This document shows, piece by piece, positions 46,970-56,309 of a stretch of 61,334 bases of DNA. Within the stretch, counting starts at the first letter, position 1; the number at the start of each line of letters is the position of its first letter. This stretch comes from a virus. Lineage: Duplodnaviria; Caudoviricetes. The stretch spans positions 1-61,334 of the IMG/VR virus record IMGVR_UViG_3300049924_000079; one strand, 5' to 3'. A program made the position numbers and the translations under genes. A model generated the notes under the pieces. That model had not been told where the DNA came from. It saw only the letters and a program-made list of their open reading frames with translations, and searched no databases.

Positions 46970-49386
46970 AGCCTGTCCTTAGCCGCCGCTTGTTGTGCAG
47001 CGATTTGTGCTCGGTGTTTTGCTACATCTGCACCGGTCTGCATACCTGCGCGCTGCTGCGCGTCGGCTCGGGCGGCAGCCTCTGCCATAACCTTCGCCTG
47101 CAGCGCCGCTTTGCGTAGCTCTAGGTCGTCTTGCTTCGCAGCCAAGTCGCCCATAGTCTTCATGCTCTTGAGCTGTAGCTCCTTGTCTTTCTGTGCCAGC
47201 TCTTGCTGCTGCATCGCCAACACTGGGTCTTGTGCATCTTGTGCGGCTTTCTGTTGGGCCACTTTCTGCTGACTCTGCTGCAAAACCTGCTGCCCGGCCT
47301 GTGCCATCATCTGCGCCATCTGCGCCTCCACCTCAGGGGACATCGCCTGCTCGCCCGTACTCTGCGGGAGGGCCATGCCTAGCTGGTGCTCTATCTTCTG
47401 CCTGTAGGCAAAGCCTACGTGCTCACCGACGTGGGCCATCATCGCTGCCTGCATTGCCTGCGCGCGGGGGTTCTGCCCTAGCAACTGCATGATGATAGGG
47501 TCTTGCATGGCCGCCATGTGTACTTGGATGTGCGCCTCGTGGTCTTGGTGCTGAAACGCCTTGATGGGCTCCCCTTTCAGGACAGCCATGTTCTCAGACA
47601 CTGGGTCTCTAGGTTTCAGGTCGTCCGGTAGCGGCAGTATTTTCTCGGCGTTCTTGACTCCGAGCACCCCTAGCATTTGTCGGTGTAGCTGGGGCAGGTC
47701 GTATATGTCCGGGGCCATCTGCGCCATCTGAACTACTGCCTGATACTGCACAACCCGCTGACTCATCGTGGCGGCGTTGGGGTCACTGACGGGAATAATG
47801 TCTACATGCTCGTAGTCCGTCTTCTTGGCGTGGCGCTGCACGTCCCCGTCCGGGTCGTACTCGTAGTCGTCCTCGGTGTAGTCCCGAATGATGTTCGCAA
47901 TGAGCCGCAGCTCCTGCTTCATACTGTAGTGCAGGCGGGCCTGTACCGCAGACATCACCTTAAGCTGCCTCTCTAACAGCGCCAGCGTGGTGCCTACCGG
48001 GGCCTGCGCAGACATGTCGGATACTTTAACGTCCGCAGTGGCTGCGAACCTCCGCCCTTCCTCCACAATGGTGCCAAGCAACTGGAACAGCACCATCGAC
48101 GGCTCCTTGTAAGGAAGCGGTAAGATATTGTCGCGCAATGCGCCAGACCCAATGTCCACGTCGCGGAACTCGCCCGGACTGATAGGGGTGTCGTCCCCCT
48201 TGATACGCAGCCCCCGGGACTTGAGCCCTCCGGGCAAGTTGCTCAGTGTGCCTGCATCTACCAACTGACGCATGATAGACGTTGCACTGGTAGCAAACCC
48301 GCCGATCAGGTGGAAAAGCCCGAAGCCGTATGCTCCGAACCCCGGGATGTACTGGTAATGCACGAAGTGCTGACGCTTACGTTTGAGAACGTCCTCTTCC
48401 TCCCAGTTACGGCGGATGGCCAGAATCTCGTTGCTGCCCTTTATCAGGGTGATTACGTACGGCAGGGCTACTCCCGTGGGCTCCCCTTCGTCGTCTTTGT
48501 CCTCGAACCCCGGCAAATCCAAGTCGGCGTGTACCTCGTACATGACATGGCGGTCGTCGTTGACATCGTTGAATCCCGTCTCTTTGTCCTTGGCGGTTTG
48601 AATTTCGTCGGAGCCTGCCTTGGACACTTCCCCAATGTCCACGTCCCTATAGAACCCCGCCAACTGGAGCTTGCGAATATCGTTGTCCGTCTTGCGCATA
48701 ACGTGCGTTACGCGGTGGCATGTGTCCATGTCCGTGGTGCCGTAGGGCAACACCATGTCTTCGGCGGGGACAAACACCGAAGTCTGACGACCTAGGCTCG
48801 GGTCGAAGTAAACTTTCTTGAACGCGCTGCCGGTGGCCGGAAGGCTCCACAACATGCGCTCGTGCTCTGGTCGATACTCCCGCATCACGTCCGTCATCTC
48901 GTAGTTCATGTCGTGCTCTACGCGCCGCGCGGCTGCCGCTTTGTCCGGTGTCTCTTTGCCAATGATCTTGGTGCGCACCGGGCCTTGGGCCGGGAAAGTC
49001 TCTGTAATAGCCTCGGACTGGAAACGTACCACAGCTTCGGTAATCATCGGATGGAACACGCCGCAAGCCCCGTCCCACGGCTCGGTGCGCTGCTCGTACT
49101 TGAGGCCCAGTAGCTTGAGTCCTTCTACGTACGCTTTCTCCCAGTCCTTACGGCTGGCGATGTCATCGCCAATAGACGCTGCCAAGTCCGAGGCCAAAGA
49201 CTGCAAGTCGCTCTCAGAGACCTCTTCTGCAAGGTTCGCCCCAAAGTCTAGGGCCTCTTCCTCGATCTCCACCTCGACCTCTGCCCCGTCCGGGACGATC
49301 TCTACTTCGATACCCTCTAGTCCGCTAGCGGCGTCGTCTATCCCTTGCGGGGCGGGGTTCATTGTTTTTGCGATATTCGTGGCCAT
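46966..49386 (-). CDS. Portal protein
   Basis: SRKDW..GL.LLG..PW.GACGV.HP..GSAFKKVYFD, GFGL.HLIGG, QLVDAGTLSNLP; Q-rich C-terminal barrel; follows terL. Confidence 0.88.
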   Translation of the reverse strand: MATNIAKTMNPAPQGIDDAASGLEGIEVEIVPDGAEVEVEIEEEALDFGANLAEEVSESDLQSLASDLAASIGDDIASRKDWEKAYVEGLKLLGLKYEQRTEPWDGACGVFHPMITEAVVRFQSEAITETFPAQGPVRTKIIGKETPDKAAAARRVEHDMNYEMTDVMREYRPEHERMLWSLPATGSAFKKVYFDPSLGRQTSVFVPAEDMVLPYGTTDMDTCHRVTHVMRKTDNDIRKLQLAGFYRDVDIGEVSKAGSDEIQTAKDKETGFNDVNDDRHVMYEVHADLDLPGFEDKDDEGEPTGVALPYVITLIKGSNEILAIRRNWEEEDVLKRKRQHFVHYQYIPGFGAYGFGLFHLIGGFATSATSIMRQLVDAGTLSNLPGGLKSRGLRIKGDDTPISPGEFRDVDIGSGALRDNILPLPYKEPSMVLFQLLGTIVEEGRRFAATADVKVSDMSAQAPVGTTLALLERQLKVMSAVQARLHYSMKQELRLIANIIRDYTEDDYEYDPDGDVQRHAKKTDYEHVDIIPVSDPNAATMSQRVVQYQAVVQMAQMAPDIYDLPQLHRQMLGVLGVKNAEKILPLPDDLKPRDPVSENMAVLKGEPIKAFQHQDHEAHIQVHMAAMQDPIIMQLLGQNPRAQAMQAAMMAHVGEHVGFAYRQKIEHQLGMALPQSTGEQAMSPEVEAQMAQMMAQAGQQVLQQSQQKVAQQKAAQDAQDPVLAMQQQELAQKDKELQLKSMKTMGDLAAKQDDLELRKAALQAKVMAEAAARADAQQRAGMQTGADVAKHRAQIAAQQAAAKDRL

Positions 49387-49397
49387 GTCGGCATCTT

Positions 49398-50915
49398 TCA
49401 ATAGTAAGCGGCGCGTGCGCGCCTAAAGAGTTGGGGCTCGTCTGGTTCGTCTGACGCGAGGCGTATTAGACCACCTTGGCGCACGCGAAGCAATGCTTGG
49501 CTGCAGCAGTCCGCGTGCTCGTCGTGATCCGAATTTGGAAATTCGGCGATTTGGTCGATGACCTCTTGTGCCCATCTGGTCTCTGGTGCCCACACCATAC
49601 CCGAGCTGAACATGTCCGCAACGGCATTGAGGCGTACCCGCTTGTCATTCCCACGGCTGGGCGTGAACTCATGGATCGGCAGTCCTGTGGCCCGCATCTC
49701 CTGTATCAGCGGAGCGCCTGCGGCTTTCTTTTCAATCACGACCATGTCCGGCTCCCACTCGCGGTAGTACTCGAACGCGAACTTCTTGAGGTCAGGGAAC
49801 TCCTTACGGCCTGTCCATGCATCCAGTAGTATGAGCTGGTCTTGGTTTTCTTCTTCGTTGAACCACACGCCCCAAGTCTGTACCCCGCTGGGGTCGGAGC
49901 TGTCGTTCTTGCCGTGGGCGGTGTCCCAGCTCTGCAAAATTATTTCGCACTTCGGGGGCTTGGCGTGCGGCCAGCGCCTCCACCACTCGCGTTTAATCAG
50001 CGCGCCTTCTTCGGAGGTGGGTTCTTGCATGTACTGCGCGGCCCAATGCGAGGGCGCTAAAGATGCCTTCTTCTGCAGTAGCTGCTCCACGGGCCACTGC
50101 TCCGGCCAGAGGCTTTTACCAGAAGGGAGGATGGCCGGGAATCTAATCTCCGTCCACTGCGCTGCGTCCGGGTTATTTTCAGACCAAGCCAGTGCTCTTC
50201 CAATAGGGTCTTTTTTCCCCCATCGTGTCCCCACGAAGATCACGCGCCCGCCGGGGGCGAGGCGCTGCAGCGGGCCTACTTGTAGCCACTGGAAGGCGGT
50301 GGCAAAAGCCTTGTCCGGGTCGCCTGCCAAAACGCTCTGCTCTGACACCGCGTCATCAATAACTACAAGCGCACCGCCGTGCCCGGCAATGTTCGCACCA
50401 ATACCGACAGCGAGATACTTTCCACCCAATGTAGTCGTCCAGTTGTCTGCAGCGGACTTGTCTCTGGACACAACCGTATCTGGAAATATGGTGCGGTATA
50501 CGTCCGACTCTATCAAATTGCGTATCTTGCGCCCGAATGAGGCAGATAGGTCTGCTGTGTGCGTGCACATAATTATCGGGTCTTTCGGGCGGTGCCCTAA
50601 ATACCATGCCACAAACAGGTAGGACACTGTTTCGCTTTTGGAGAACCTTGGGGGCATGCTCACCGTTACCCGGGTCTCTTGCCCGGACAGCACATTTGTC
50701 AATATCGGTTTCATGAATCGGTGGTGCGGGCCTTCCTTAAAGTCCGGATACACGGCCTTGCAAAAAGCCAAGAAATCGTCTCTTGCAAGCTGTACGCGTC
50801 GTTTTTCTTCCAGCGCTTCTATGTCCGCCAGAAGCTGCGCTTTATCCGCCGCAGGCATGCTGGGCAGGTTCGCGAGCAGCGCGGCTACAGCCTCGGGAGA
50901 CAGGTCGTCAAGCAT
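49398..50915 (-). CDS. terL: Terminase large subunit
   Basis: MPPRFSKS (Walker A variant), VVIDD, GTRW, QYMQEP, QSWDTA, IEKKAAG, HDEHAD. Confidence 0.93.
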   Translation of the reverse strand: MLDDLSPEAVAALLANLPSMPAADKAQLLADIEALEEKRRVQLARDDFLAFCKAVYPDFKEGPHHRFMKPILTNVLSGQETRVTVSMPPRFSKSETVSYLFVAWYLGHRPKDPIIMCTHTADLSASFGRKIRNLIESDVYRTIFPDTVVSRDKSAADNWTTTLGGKYLAVGIGANIAGHGGALVVIDDAVSEQSVLAGDPDKAFATAFQWLQVGPLQRLAPGGRVIFVGTRWGKKDPIGRALAWSENNPDAAQWTEIRFPAILPSGKSLWPEQWPVEQLLQKKASLAPSHWAAQYMQEPTSEEGALIKREWWRRWPHAKPPKCEIILQSWDTAHGKNDSSDPSGVQTWGVWFNEEENQDQLILLDAWTGRKEFPDLKKFAFEYYREWEPDMVVIEKKAAGAPLIQEMRATGLPIHEFTPSRGNDKRVRLNAVADMFSSGMVWAPETRWAQEVIDQIAEFPNSDHDEHADCCSQALLRVRQGGLIRLASDEPDEPQLFRRARAAYY

Positions 50916-51223
50916 TAGACCTTCTTGGCCTTGCCATAGCCTTTATAGCCGGTGACGCGCCCGCCTTTTGCGTACGTCTTTGTGGCGCCCTTCGATGCCT
51001 TCTCCTGCCGCACCTGCTCGACTTGTGCTTCATATTCCTCTTCAAGTCTGTTCTCACGCAGCCTATCGGCGGCGGCTTGGTTTCTGAGTTTCGCGCTTAT
51101 GGGGTTGCCAAAGGCGTTGTTTTCGTCGGTAATAGTGAACATGCGCCGAAGCGTCGGTGGGGACTCTTTGATTGTTCCAGTGGGCTCGATTGGTTTGTTG
51201 GGCTTGGGTTCTTTTGTTGCCAT
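50915..51223 (-). CDS. Basic hypothetical protein ending YAKGGRV..
   Basis: AAGGAG RBS; TAATG coupling to terL. Confidence 0.7.
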   Translation of the reverse strand: MATKEPKPNKPIEPTGTIKESPPTLRRMFTITDENNAFGNPISAKLRNQAAADRLRENRLEEEYEAQVEQVRQEKASKGATKTYAKGGRVTGYKGYGKAKKV

Positions 51224-51225
51224 GA

Positions 51226-51342
51226 TTACTCCTTTGGGGTTAATGTTTCGATCTCCTGCACGGGCGGGAGCATACTGTGCCTTTGCCTACATAGAAAACC
51301 TGCTTGTCGTTTGCGTGTGTGTATGTACGTGTAGAACCTCAT
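51226..51342 (-). pseudogene. Frameshifted GIY-YIG endonuclease N-terminal remnant fused to a duplicated terS 3' end
   Basis: MRFYTYIHTR / NDKQVFYVGKGT in two frames, then SMLPPVQEIET duplicating terS SMLPPVQEVET. Confidence 0.7.
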
Positions 51343-51956
51343 GGAACGCCCCTTCGCGTAAGCACCACACTGGCGATCTCATCTTCTTGTTCTGCTACAG
51401 CATCTTTTACTAAGATGGTCTCCACCTCCTGCACGGGCGGCAGCATACTGGCCAGCTTGGCGCGAATGCGTGCCTCGATCTCGTCTGCTGATGCTTCTTT
51501 GTGGGTCACCTCGACCCGCGTGGTGAAGCTGTCGATGCCGGTCAGCTTGCCGGTTAGCTCAAGTGCTTTGAGGCGTATCTTGGCGTCTGGGTGTTTGGTC
51601 TCTTCGAGCAGTTTGGCCACCACGTAGCCGCGCAGCTCCTTGGCCTGCTCCACATACTGCCAGTCGTACTCAGACAGCATACCTGCTAGGTGGCGTACTG
51701 CCGGGGGGACTTTGAGCGCGAGGATGGCTTTGTTTTTCTCCGCTTCGCTTTGTGCGGGGCTGGTCACGGTGGCGAATGCCGTACGTGCAAGGTGGAGCTG
51801 GTCTGTTTCAATCATGTCGTCACATGCCCCCAGCGATGCCATGAAGTCGGCAGTGCTGGCTTGGGCGGACAGGAGTTCGGCTGTTGAGGCGTCTGCCAAG
51901 TCAACAAAGTCCGAAGCATCTAGTGCGGCGAGGTGGTCGAAAATTCCGGTTCCCAT
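51339..51956 (-). CDS. terS: Putative terminase small subunit
   Basis: First gene of the late operon; LRGYVVAKLLEE..DAKIRLKALELTGK...F. Confidence 0.6.
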   Translation of the reverse strand: MGTGIFDHLAALDASDFVDLADASTAELLSAQASTADFMASLGACDDMIETDQLHLARTAFATVTSPAQSEAEKNKAILALKVPPAVRHLAGMLSEYDWQYVEQAKELRGYVVAKLLEETKHPDAKIRLKALELTGKLTGIDSFTTRVEVTHKEASADEIEARIRAKLASMLPPVQEVETILVKDAVAEQEDEIASVVLTRRGVP

Positions 51957-51991
51957 ATTCCTTTTGCGCCTGTAGGGTGTAGCGTTTGGTT

Positions 51992-52020
51992 AGTGTACAC
52001 TACGTTTGCCTGTATCGCAA
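51992..52020 (-). promoter_or_regulatory. Sigma70-like promoter for the morphogenesis operon
   Basis: TTGCGA-17 nt-TACACT on the - strand; the -10 lies in the palindrome AGTGTACACT. Confidence 0.55.
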
Positions 52021-52104
52021 ATGGGCAAGTGTCTTTCTCCTTAATGCCGGCGGTCGCGCCCCGGACTTCGATCCCCGACGTTGCAAGACCTCGGGGATTT
52101 TTTT
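52006..52104 (+). ncRNA. Candidate small RNA with an exposed anti-SD tract
   Basis: 5' hairpin 52006-52028, GTGTCTTTCTCCTT at 52029-52042, 3' terminator; no + strand ORF explains the terminator. Confidence 0.45.
52071..52104 (+). terminator. Rho-independent terminator
   Basis: ATCCCCGA-loop-TCGGGGAT followed by a T tract. Confidence 0.75.
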
Positions 52105-52461
52105 GGGCTGAAATTTTTTACAGGCCTTTTTTGGAGGAAGGGGGGTACTTGACTGTTTTAGTCGGGTATTGCTATGGCGTATTTATGCTGTAAAAATATA
52201 GTGTGCGTGCTATGAAAGCTATAGCAACGTTGAGACTTTCCGTCCAATAGTGTTCTTACCGCGCAGCCCCATCCACTCCACAACTGGGGGGTGCCCCCAC
52301 CGTACCCTGCGCCCAGCGGCAAAAAAGCCGAAAAATGGGCCGCCTTATACCACAAAAACCCTGCACTTTTACCCCCTATTGATAATATATATCTATGCAT
52401 TCGCTATTGAGTGCAGCAGCTACCCCACTGCTTGGGGCTTTGAACTTATTGGAGATTGAAC

Positions 52462-52905
52462 ATGACTAAAGCAAACAACACCAGCGCCACTATCAAGACC
52501 ATTGCAGACTTCGGCTTTGCAGCCGGGCGCAGCGACAAGGGCATCGCAGAATTCGCTGCAAAGTATCACGCCCTCTACGTTGCAGCTACAGAGGAAGATC
52601 AAGCCACCATGCGCCGCGACTACTGCCACAACTACTTGGTGGGCAAGTATGACTACACCCATGCGCAAGTTGAGGTCATTGCAGAAACAAAGCGCACCGA
52701 GCGCAGCGAAGAAGACCAGCGCGCATGGAACAATGCGCAAAGCAACTTCAACTACCGCGTGGTGAACGACTGCGGCAACGTAATCAAAGCGGCGCACAAG
52801 CCCGTGAAACAAATCCGCGTGGCAAAGGACTTGCAAGCCACTATCGCGGCGCTTGTCGAGCAATTCGGCAAAGATGCGGTACGCGAAGCCATGAAGCGCG
52901 TTTAA
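52462..52905 (+). CDS. Hypothetical early protein
   Basis: GGAGA RBS; first ORF of the + strand arm. Confidence 0.75.
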   Translation: MTKANNTSATIKTIADFGFAAGRSDKGIAEFAAKYHALYVAATEEDQATMRRDYCHNYLVGKYDYTHAQVEVIAETKRTERSEEDQRAWNNAQSNFNYRVVNDCGNVIKAAHKPVKQIRVAKDLQATIAALVEQFGKDAVREAMKRV

Positions 52906-53093
52906 TGCGTGAGGTACGGCTACCCCTAGGCCGTTACGTTTTCGTGCAGCCTAGGGCGTTCTATTGGCTTTCGTCTCGTCAATTTCTAGCGGTGCGCTAT
53001 GCGTTCGAGGGGACGCGGCCTATTAACCCAACGTCATACCTGCCGCCTGCGCGGCTTAGCGCGCCGCACGATCAACAACCTAAAGGAAAAAAT

Positions 53094-53309
53094 ATGTGCC
53101 TCACCCCCCAACCTACCTACGAACTGTACCGCGCTTGGGTAAATCAACCCAGCACCTTGCAGCCACGGCACGACTTGCACGGGCGGTACTGTGTGTGCCT
53201 CGATACGGGAGCTGACACTGTGCGCCTGTACTTTACCGAGGGCGCGTTGCACTCGACGCTTGCGCCCCGTGAGTGTGTTGCCCGCGTCAAAATAAGCAGC
53301 GCCGGTTAG
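53094..53309 (+). CDS. Hypothetical early protein (71 aa)
   Basis: AAGGA RBS; RAWVNQPSTLQP.H.LHG; stop lies within the palindrome. Confidence 0.7.
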   Translation: MCLTPQPTYELYRAWVNQPSTLQPRHDLHGRYCVCLDTGADTVRLYFTEGALHSTLAPRECVARVKISSAG

Positions 53310-53408
53310 ATGTTCTAACCCGTGAGTCTAGCCCATTGCCTTGCTTGCAGGGCTTTGGGGTGCGCTTACTTGTCCATACTGGACAGGCGTCGCCTTGGAG
53401 TTTTTATC

Positions 53409-53651
53409 ATGTCCACACGTACCGCCCACAATATCCGCAACAACGGCATGCTGTCGTTTCTGTCCCTCGACACGGCCCCCGATAACACCCCCCGCGCGTA
53501 TGCCAACCTAGCCACTGGCAGGACACGCCATAACGTCTACACCCACGCCCCTGTGCAGGTGACCTACGTCAAGCGAACGGTAAGAAAACTAACCGCAACT
53601 TTCACCTATGCCCTAAATTTCGCTACCAAAATGCAAAAAAGTGCGTACTAA
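53409..53651 (+). CDS. Hypothetical early protein
   Basis: GGAG RBS before MSTRTAH. Confidence 0.5.
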   Translation: MSTRTAHNIRNNGMLSFLSLDTAPDNTPRAYANLATGRTRHNVYTHAPVQVTYVKRTVRKLTATFTYALNFATKMQKSAY

Positions 53652-53707
53652 AACCACTTTTTGCAATACTTCTTTTTTCCAGCGTATTGCCACCCCGTTT
53701 TTTAGCG

Positions 53708-53720
53708 TAAGTCGTTGATT
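53708..53720 (-). promoter_or_regulatory. IHF consensus site
   Basis: AATCAACGACTTA matches WATCAANNNNTTR; lies in an AT-rich non-coding region. Confidence 0.55.
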
Positions 53721-54070
53721 TATATAGGCCGGTTAGATTTTCTAACCTTACTTACCTTATAACATCTACGTTTATATATATACGTGCGTGAGAGTGTGTG
53801 TATATAGGTATCAATACGTGGAAAAATACATGTGCGTATTTAATAGCTTCTCTACAAGTTTGCGTATGCATTTTTTTGGCTGCCGGGCTGCCGGCGCTTT
53901 ACAAAAAACCCCCTAAAAGTGAGTGTTCATGCGGGTTTCAAGCCTGGCGGCCTAGTGTCAAAAACGCTGAAAAGCCCGTTTTGCAATACGCACTTTTAGG
54001 ACATCGTGTAGTAGAGAAACGCCCATAAAGTACAATTTCACCCCTTCAACCCTCCGAAAGTGCAAAAAAC

Positions 54071-55036
54071 ATGCGACAACAAACATTAGTACACATAGCA
54101 AATACGCTACGTAGCTTCCAAGAAATCCCCCCACACACCGTTCACGCCGTGCTTGCCGCGCTCTCTACTACAAACAAAAAAGTGCGTATTGAGAGTAAAT
54201 GGAAGGCCATGCTGTCCGCCCTCGCATCCGACCGACGCTCCATCGCGCAGAATATGGACAAGCGAAGCGCGGACATGCGCCCTTTTTACGTCGAGTATTT
54301 GACCATCTTGGACACCGTGCGCGAGAAAATGCGTATCGCAGCAACGCAAGGCACACCCGAGCAAGCCCACGCCCTTGCACTAAAAACCAACGAGGCGCGC
54401 ATGGTGGAGGGCAAACCGCCAAACGGGACTAACGCTACGTACTGGGCCACGTGGGTGCCGCCGCGCATCCGAGAGGACTTCGCCGCCCGACTAAGCGCAC
54501 ACTACACCCGCACGAGGCAGAGGCAGGGCACACGGTTCACCCCGTTCGTGACGGGCACACATCGTGCACAGGCCAAGCAAGCAGCGGACAACTTGCGCGC
54601 CACTATCGGGCGGATACGGGACACCCACGCTTCACACCCGGGGGCTGCTACGGGCTACACCCCATACCGGGCACTGTACCTATGCGCCGCGCGCATGGCA
54701 GAGAAGGCACTCTATGCCCGACAACAGGGGTATGCGCTGGGTACGCATAACACGATAGACCACCCGCTGCCTGTGAATTGGCTCGCCTTACTGGATGCGC
54801 CGATGCGCGAGAGGCTACGCGCCGCGCAGGACAACCCCCACGCCGTGACATTGGACGGGCTAGCCCACTTCTATGAACCGCCGCGCGGAGTTGACCCCGG
54901 CGAAGCACTGCCCGAGCTGTATGAGATAGACGCCGCCCATGCGCAGACTAGCGGGTTAGAGAATCTAACCGAAGACAAGAACCCCGCCACCAGTCGGTCA
55001 CTGGCAACACTAACGGGCGAAGCCCAAGGAGATTGA
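54071..55036 (+). CDS. Hypothetical protein (321 aa)
   Basis: Long ORF in operon orientation; weak RBS. Confidence 0.7.
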   Translation: MRQQTLVHIANTLRSFQEIPPHTVHAVLAALSTTNKKVRIESKWKAMLSALASDRRSIAQNMDKRSADMRPFYVEYLTILDTVREKMRIAATQGTPEQAHALALKTNEARMVEGKPPNGTNATYWATWVPPRIREDFAARLSAHYTRTRQRQGTRFTPFVTGTHRAQAKQAADNLRATIGRIRDTHASHPGAATGYTPYRALYLCAARMAEKALYARQQGYALGTHNTIDHPLPVNWLALLDAPMRERLRAAQDNPHAVTLDGLAHFYEPPRGVDPGEALPELYEIDAAHAQTSGLENLTEDKNPATSRSLATLTGEAQGD

Positions 55037-55037
55037 T

Positions 55038-55553
55038 ATGAAGTACGTAAACCTAAGCGCGTGCATGCAAGCCGCACAACGCGACGCCGATGCCGCTCTA
55101 AGAGACTACGTCGTGTGGTACGACACACAGCCGCCGCACGAGTTCTATTACACGCAAGACAATGCAGATAACACGCTGCCTAATACAGAAGGGCGTAAAC
55201 GCTGGGCCACCGTAAGGCCTGCACTATATAAGGTAGCCCCGCTACCGCCCGTTACCCCCAGCACGCCCGCTCCGCGTAGACGCTTTGACCCTTTCCCCCC
55301 AGTGCAGTCAAGGTACGGCGCACCTATGGGCCGCCACGGATGCTGCCCGGCGGACTTGCAAGATGCCCCCCGACTGCACGCCAAACACCAAGGCGGTGGC
55401 GACGGGTACGATAAAGGCGGAGCGTACTGGGGTACGCCGCACGACGTATGGGGCGTGTGGGCACGCATCGACGGGGAGAATCTCTGCACCTACGTGCGCG
55501 CTACGTCTAGGCTAGCCGCGATAGCACAGGTACGCACAGGAGAGGAACGGTAA
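55038..55553 (+). CDS. Hypothetical early protein
   Basis: AAGGAG RBS; SRYGAPMGR..GYDKGGAYWG. Confidence 0.75.
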   Translation: MKYVNLSACMQAAQRDADAALRDYVVWYDTQPPHEFYYTQDNADNTLPNTEGRKRWATVRPALYKVAPLPPVTPSTPAPRRRFDPFPPVQSRYGAPMGRHGCCPADLQDAPRLHAKHQGGGDGYDKGGAYWGTPHDVWGVWARIDGENLCTYVRATSRLAAIAQVRTGEER

Positions 55554-55619
55554 GAAACACCGCCGAACTCAGTAGCCCGGTTAGAAGTTCTAACCAACAA
55601 CTAGCAATAGGAGAATGAA

Positions 55620-55838
55620 ATGAACCACGAAACTTTTAGAAAAGAGATAGACGCATTCGCTGCCGAACAAGGGTTAGAAGCACCATGCACCACCGTCATA
55701 GCTTTTGAATACTGGCGACACCACCAAAGCTCCAACGGTACTTACGCAGAAATGCTCGAATGGGCAACAGATCCTATAAAACACGTACAACACTGCAAGA
55801 CGTGCATCCTTATCAATCAATCACCAACAGGAGAATGA
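55620..55838 (+). CDS. Hypothetical early protein
   Basis: AGGAG RBS. Confidence 0.65.
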   Translation: MNHETFRKEIDAFAAEQGLEAPCTTVIAFEYWRHHQSSNGTYAEMLEWATDPIKHVQHCKTCILINQSPTGE

Positions 55839-55839
55839 A

Positions 55840-56241
55840 ATGACTACACAAATTAAGCACCGCCTCACGGGCGAAGTACTGTTCGAGGACGCCACCGCGA
55901 CAAGCATGCGTGAGCTAGTCGAGCGCGCCGTAGCCGCAGGCGTGAGCCTTGCGGGAGTCAGCCTTGCCGGAGCCAAACTACTCGGAGCCAAACTACGCGA
56001 AGCCGACCTAAGCGGAGCCGACCTGCGCGGGGCCGACCTACGCGGAGCCGACCTACGCGGAGCCGACCTACGCTTGGCCGACCTACGCGGAGCCGACCTA
56101 CGCGGAGCCGACCTAAGCGAGACCAGCCTAAACGTAGCCGACCTACGCGGGGCCGACCTACGCGGAGCCGACCTAAGCGGAGCCGACCTAAGCGGAGCCA
56201 AACTACTCGGAGCCGACCTACGCGAAACCCTTCGCGGTTAG
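55840..56241 (+). CDS. Pentapeptide-repeat protein 1
   Basis: A(D/N)L(R/S)G repeats; 15-nt tandem GGAGCCGACCTACGC. Confidence 0.9.
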   Translation: MTTQIKHRLTGEVLFEDATATSMRELVERAVAAGVSLAGVSLAGAKLLGAKLREADLSGADLRGADLRGADLRGADLRLADLRGADLRGADLSETSLNVADLRGADLRGADLSGADLSGAKLLGADLRETLRG

Positions 56242-56309
56242 AAGATCTAACCCACCCGCCACCAGTCGGTCACTGGTAACACTAACGGGCGACGCCCAAG
56301 GAGAATGCT

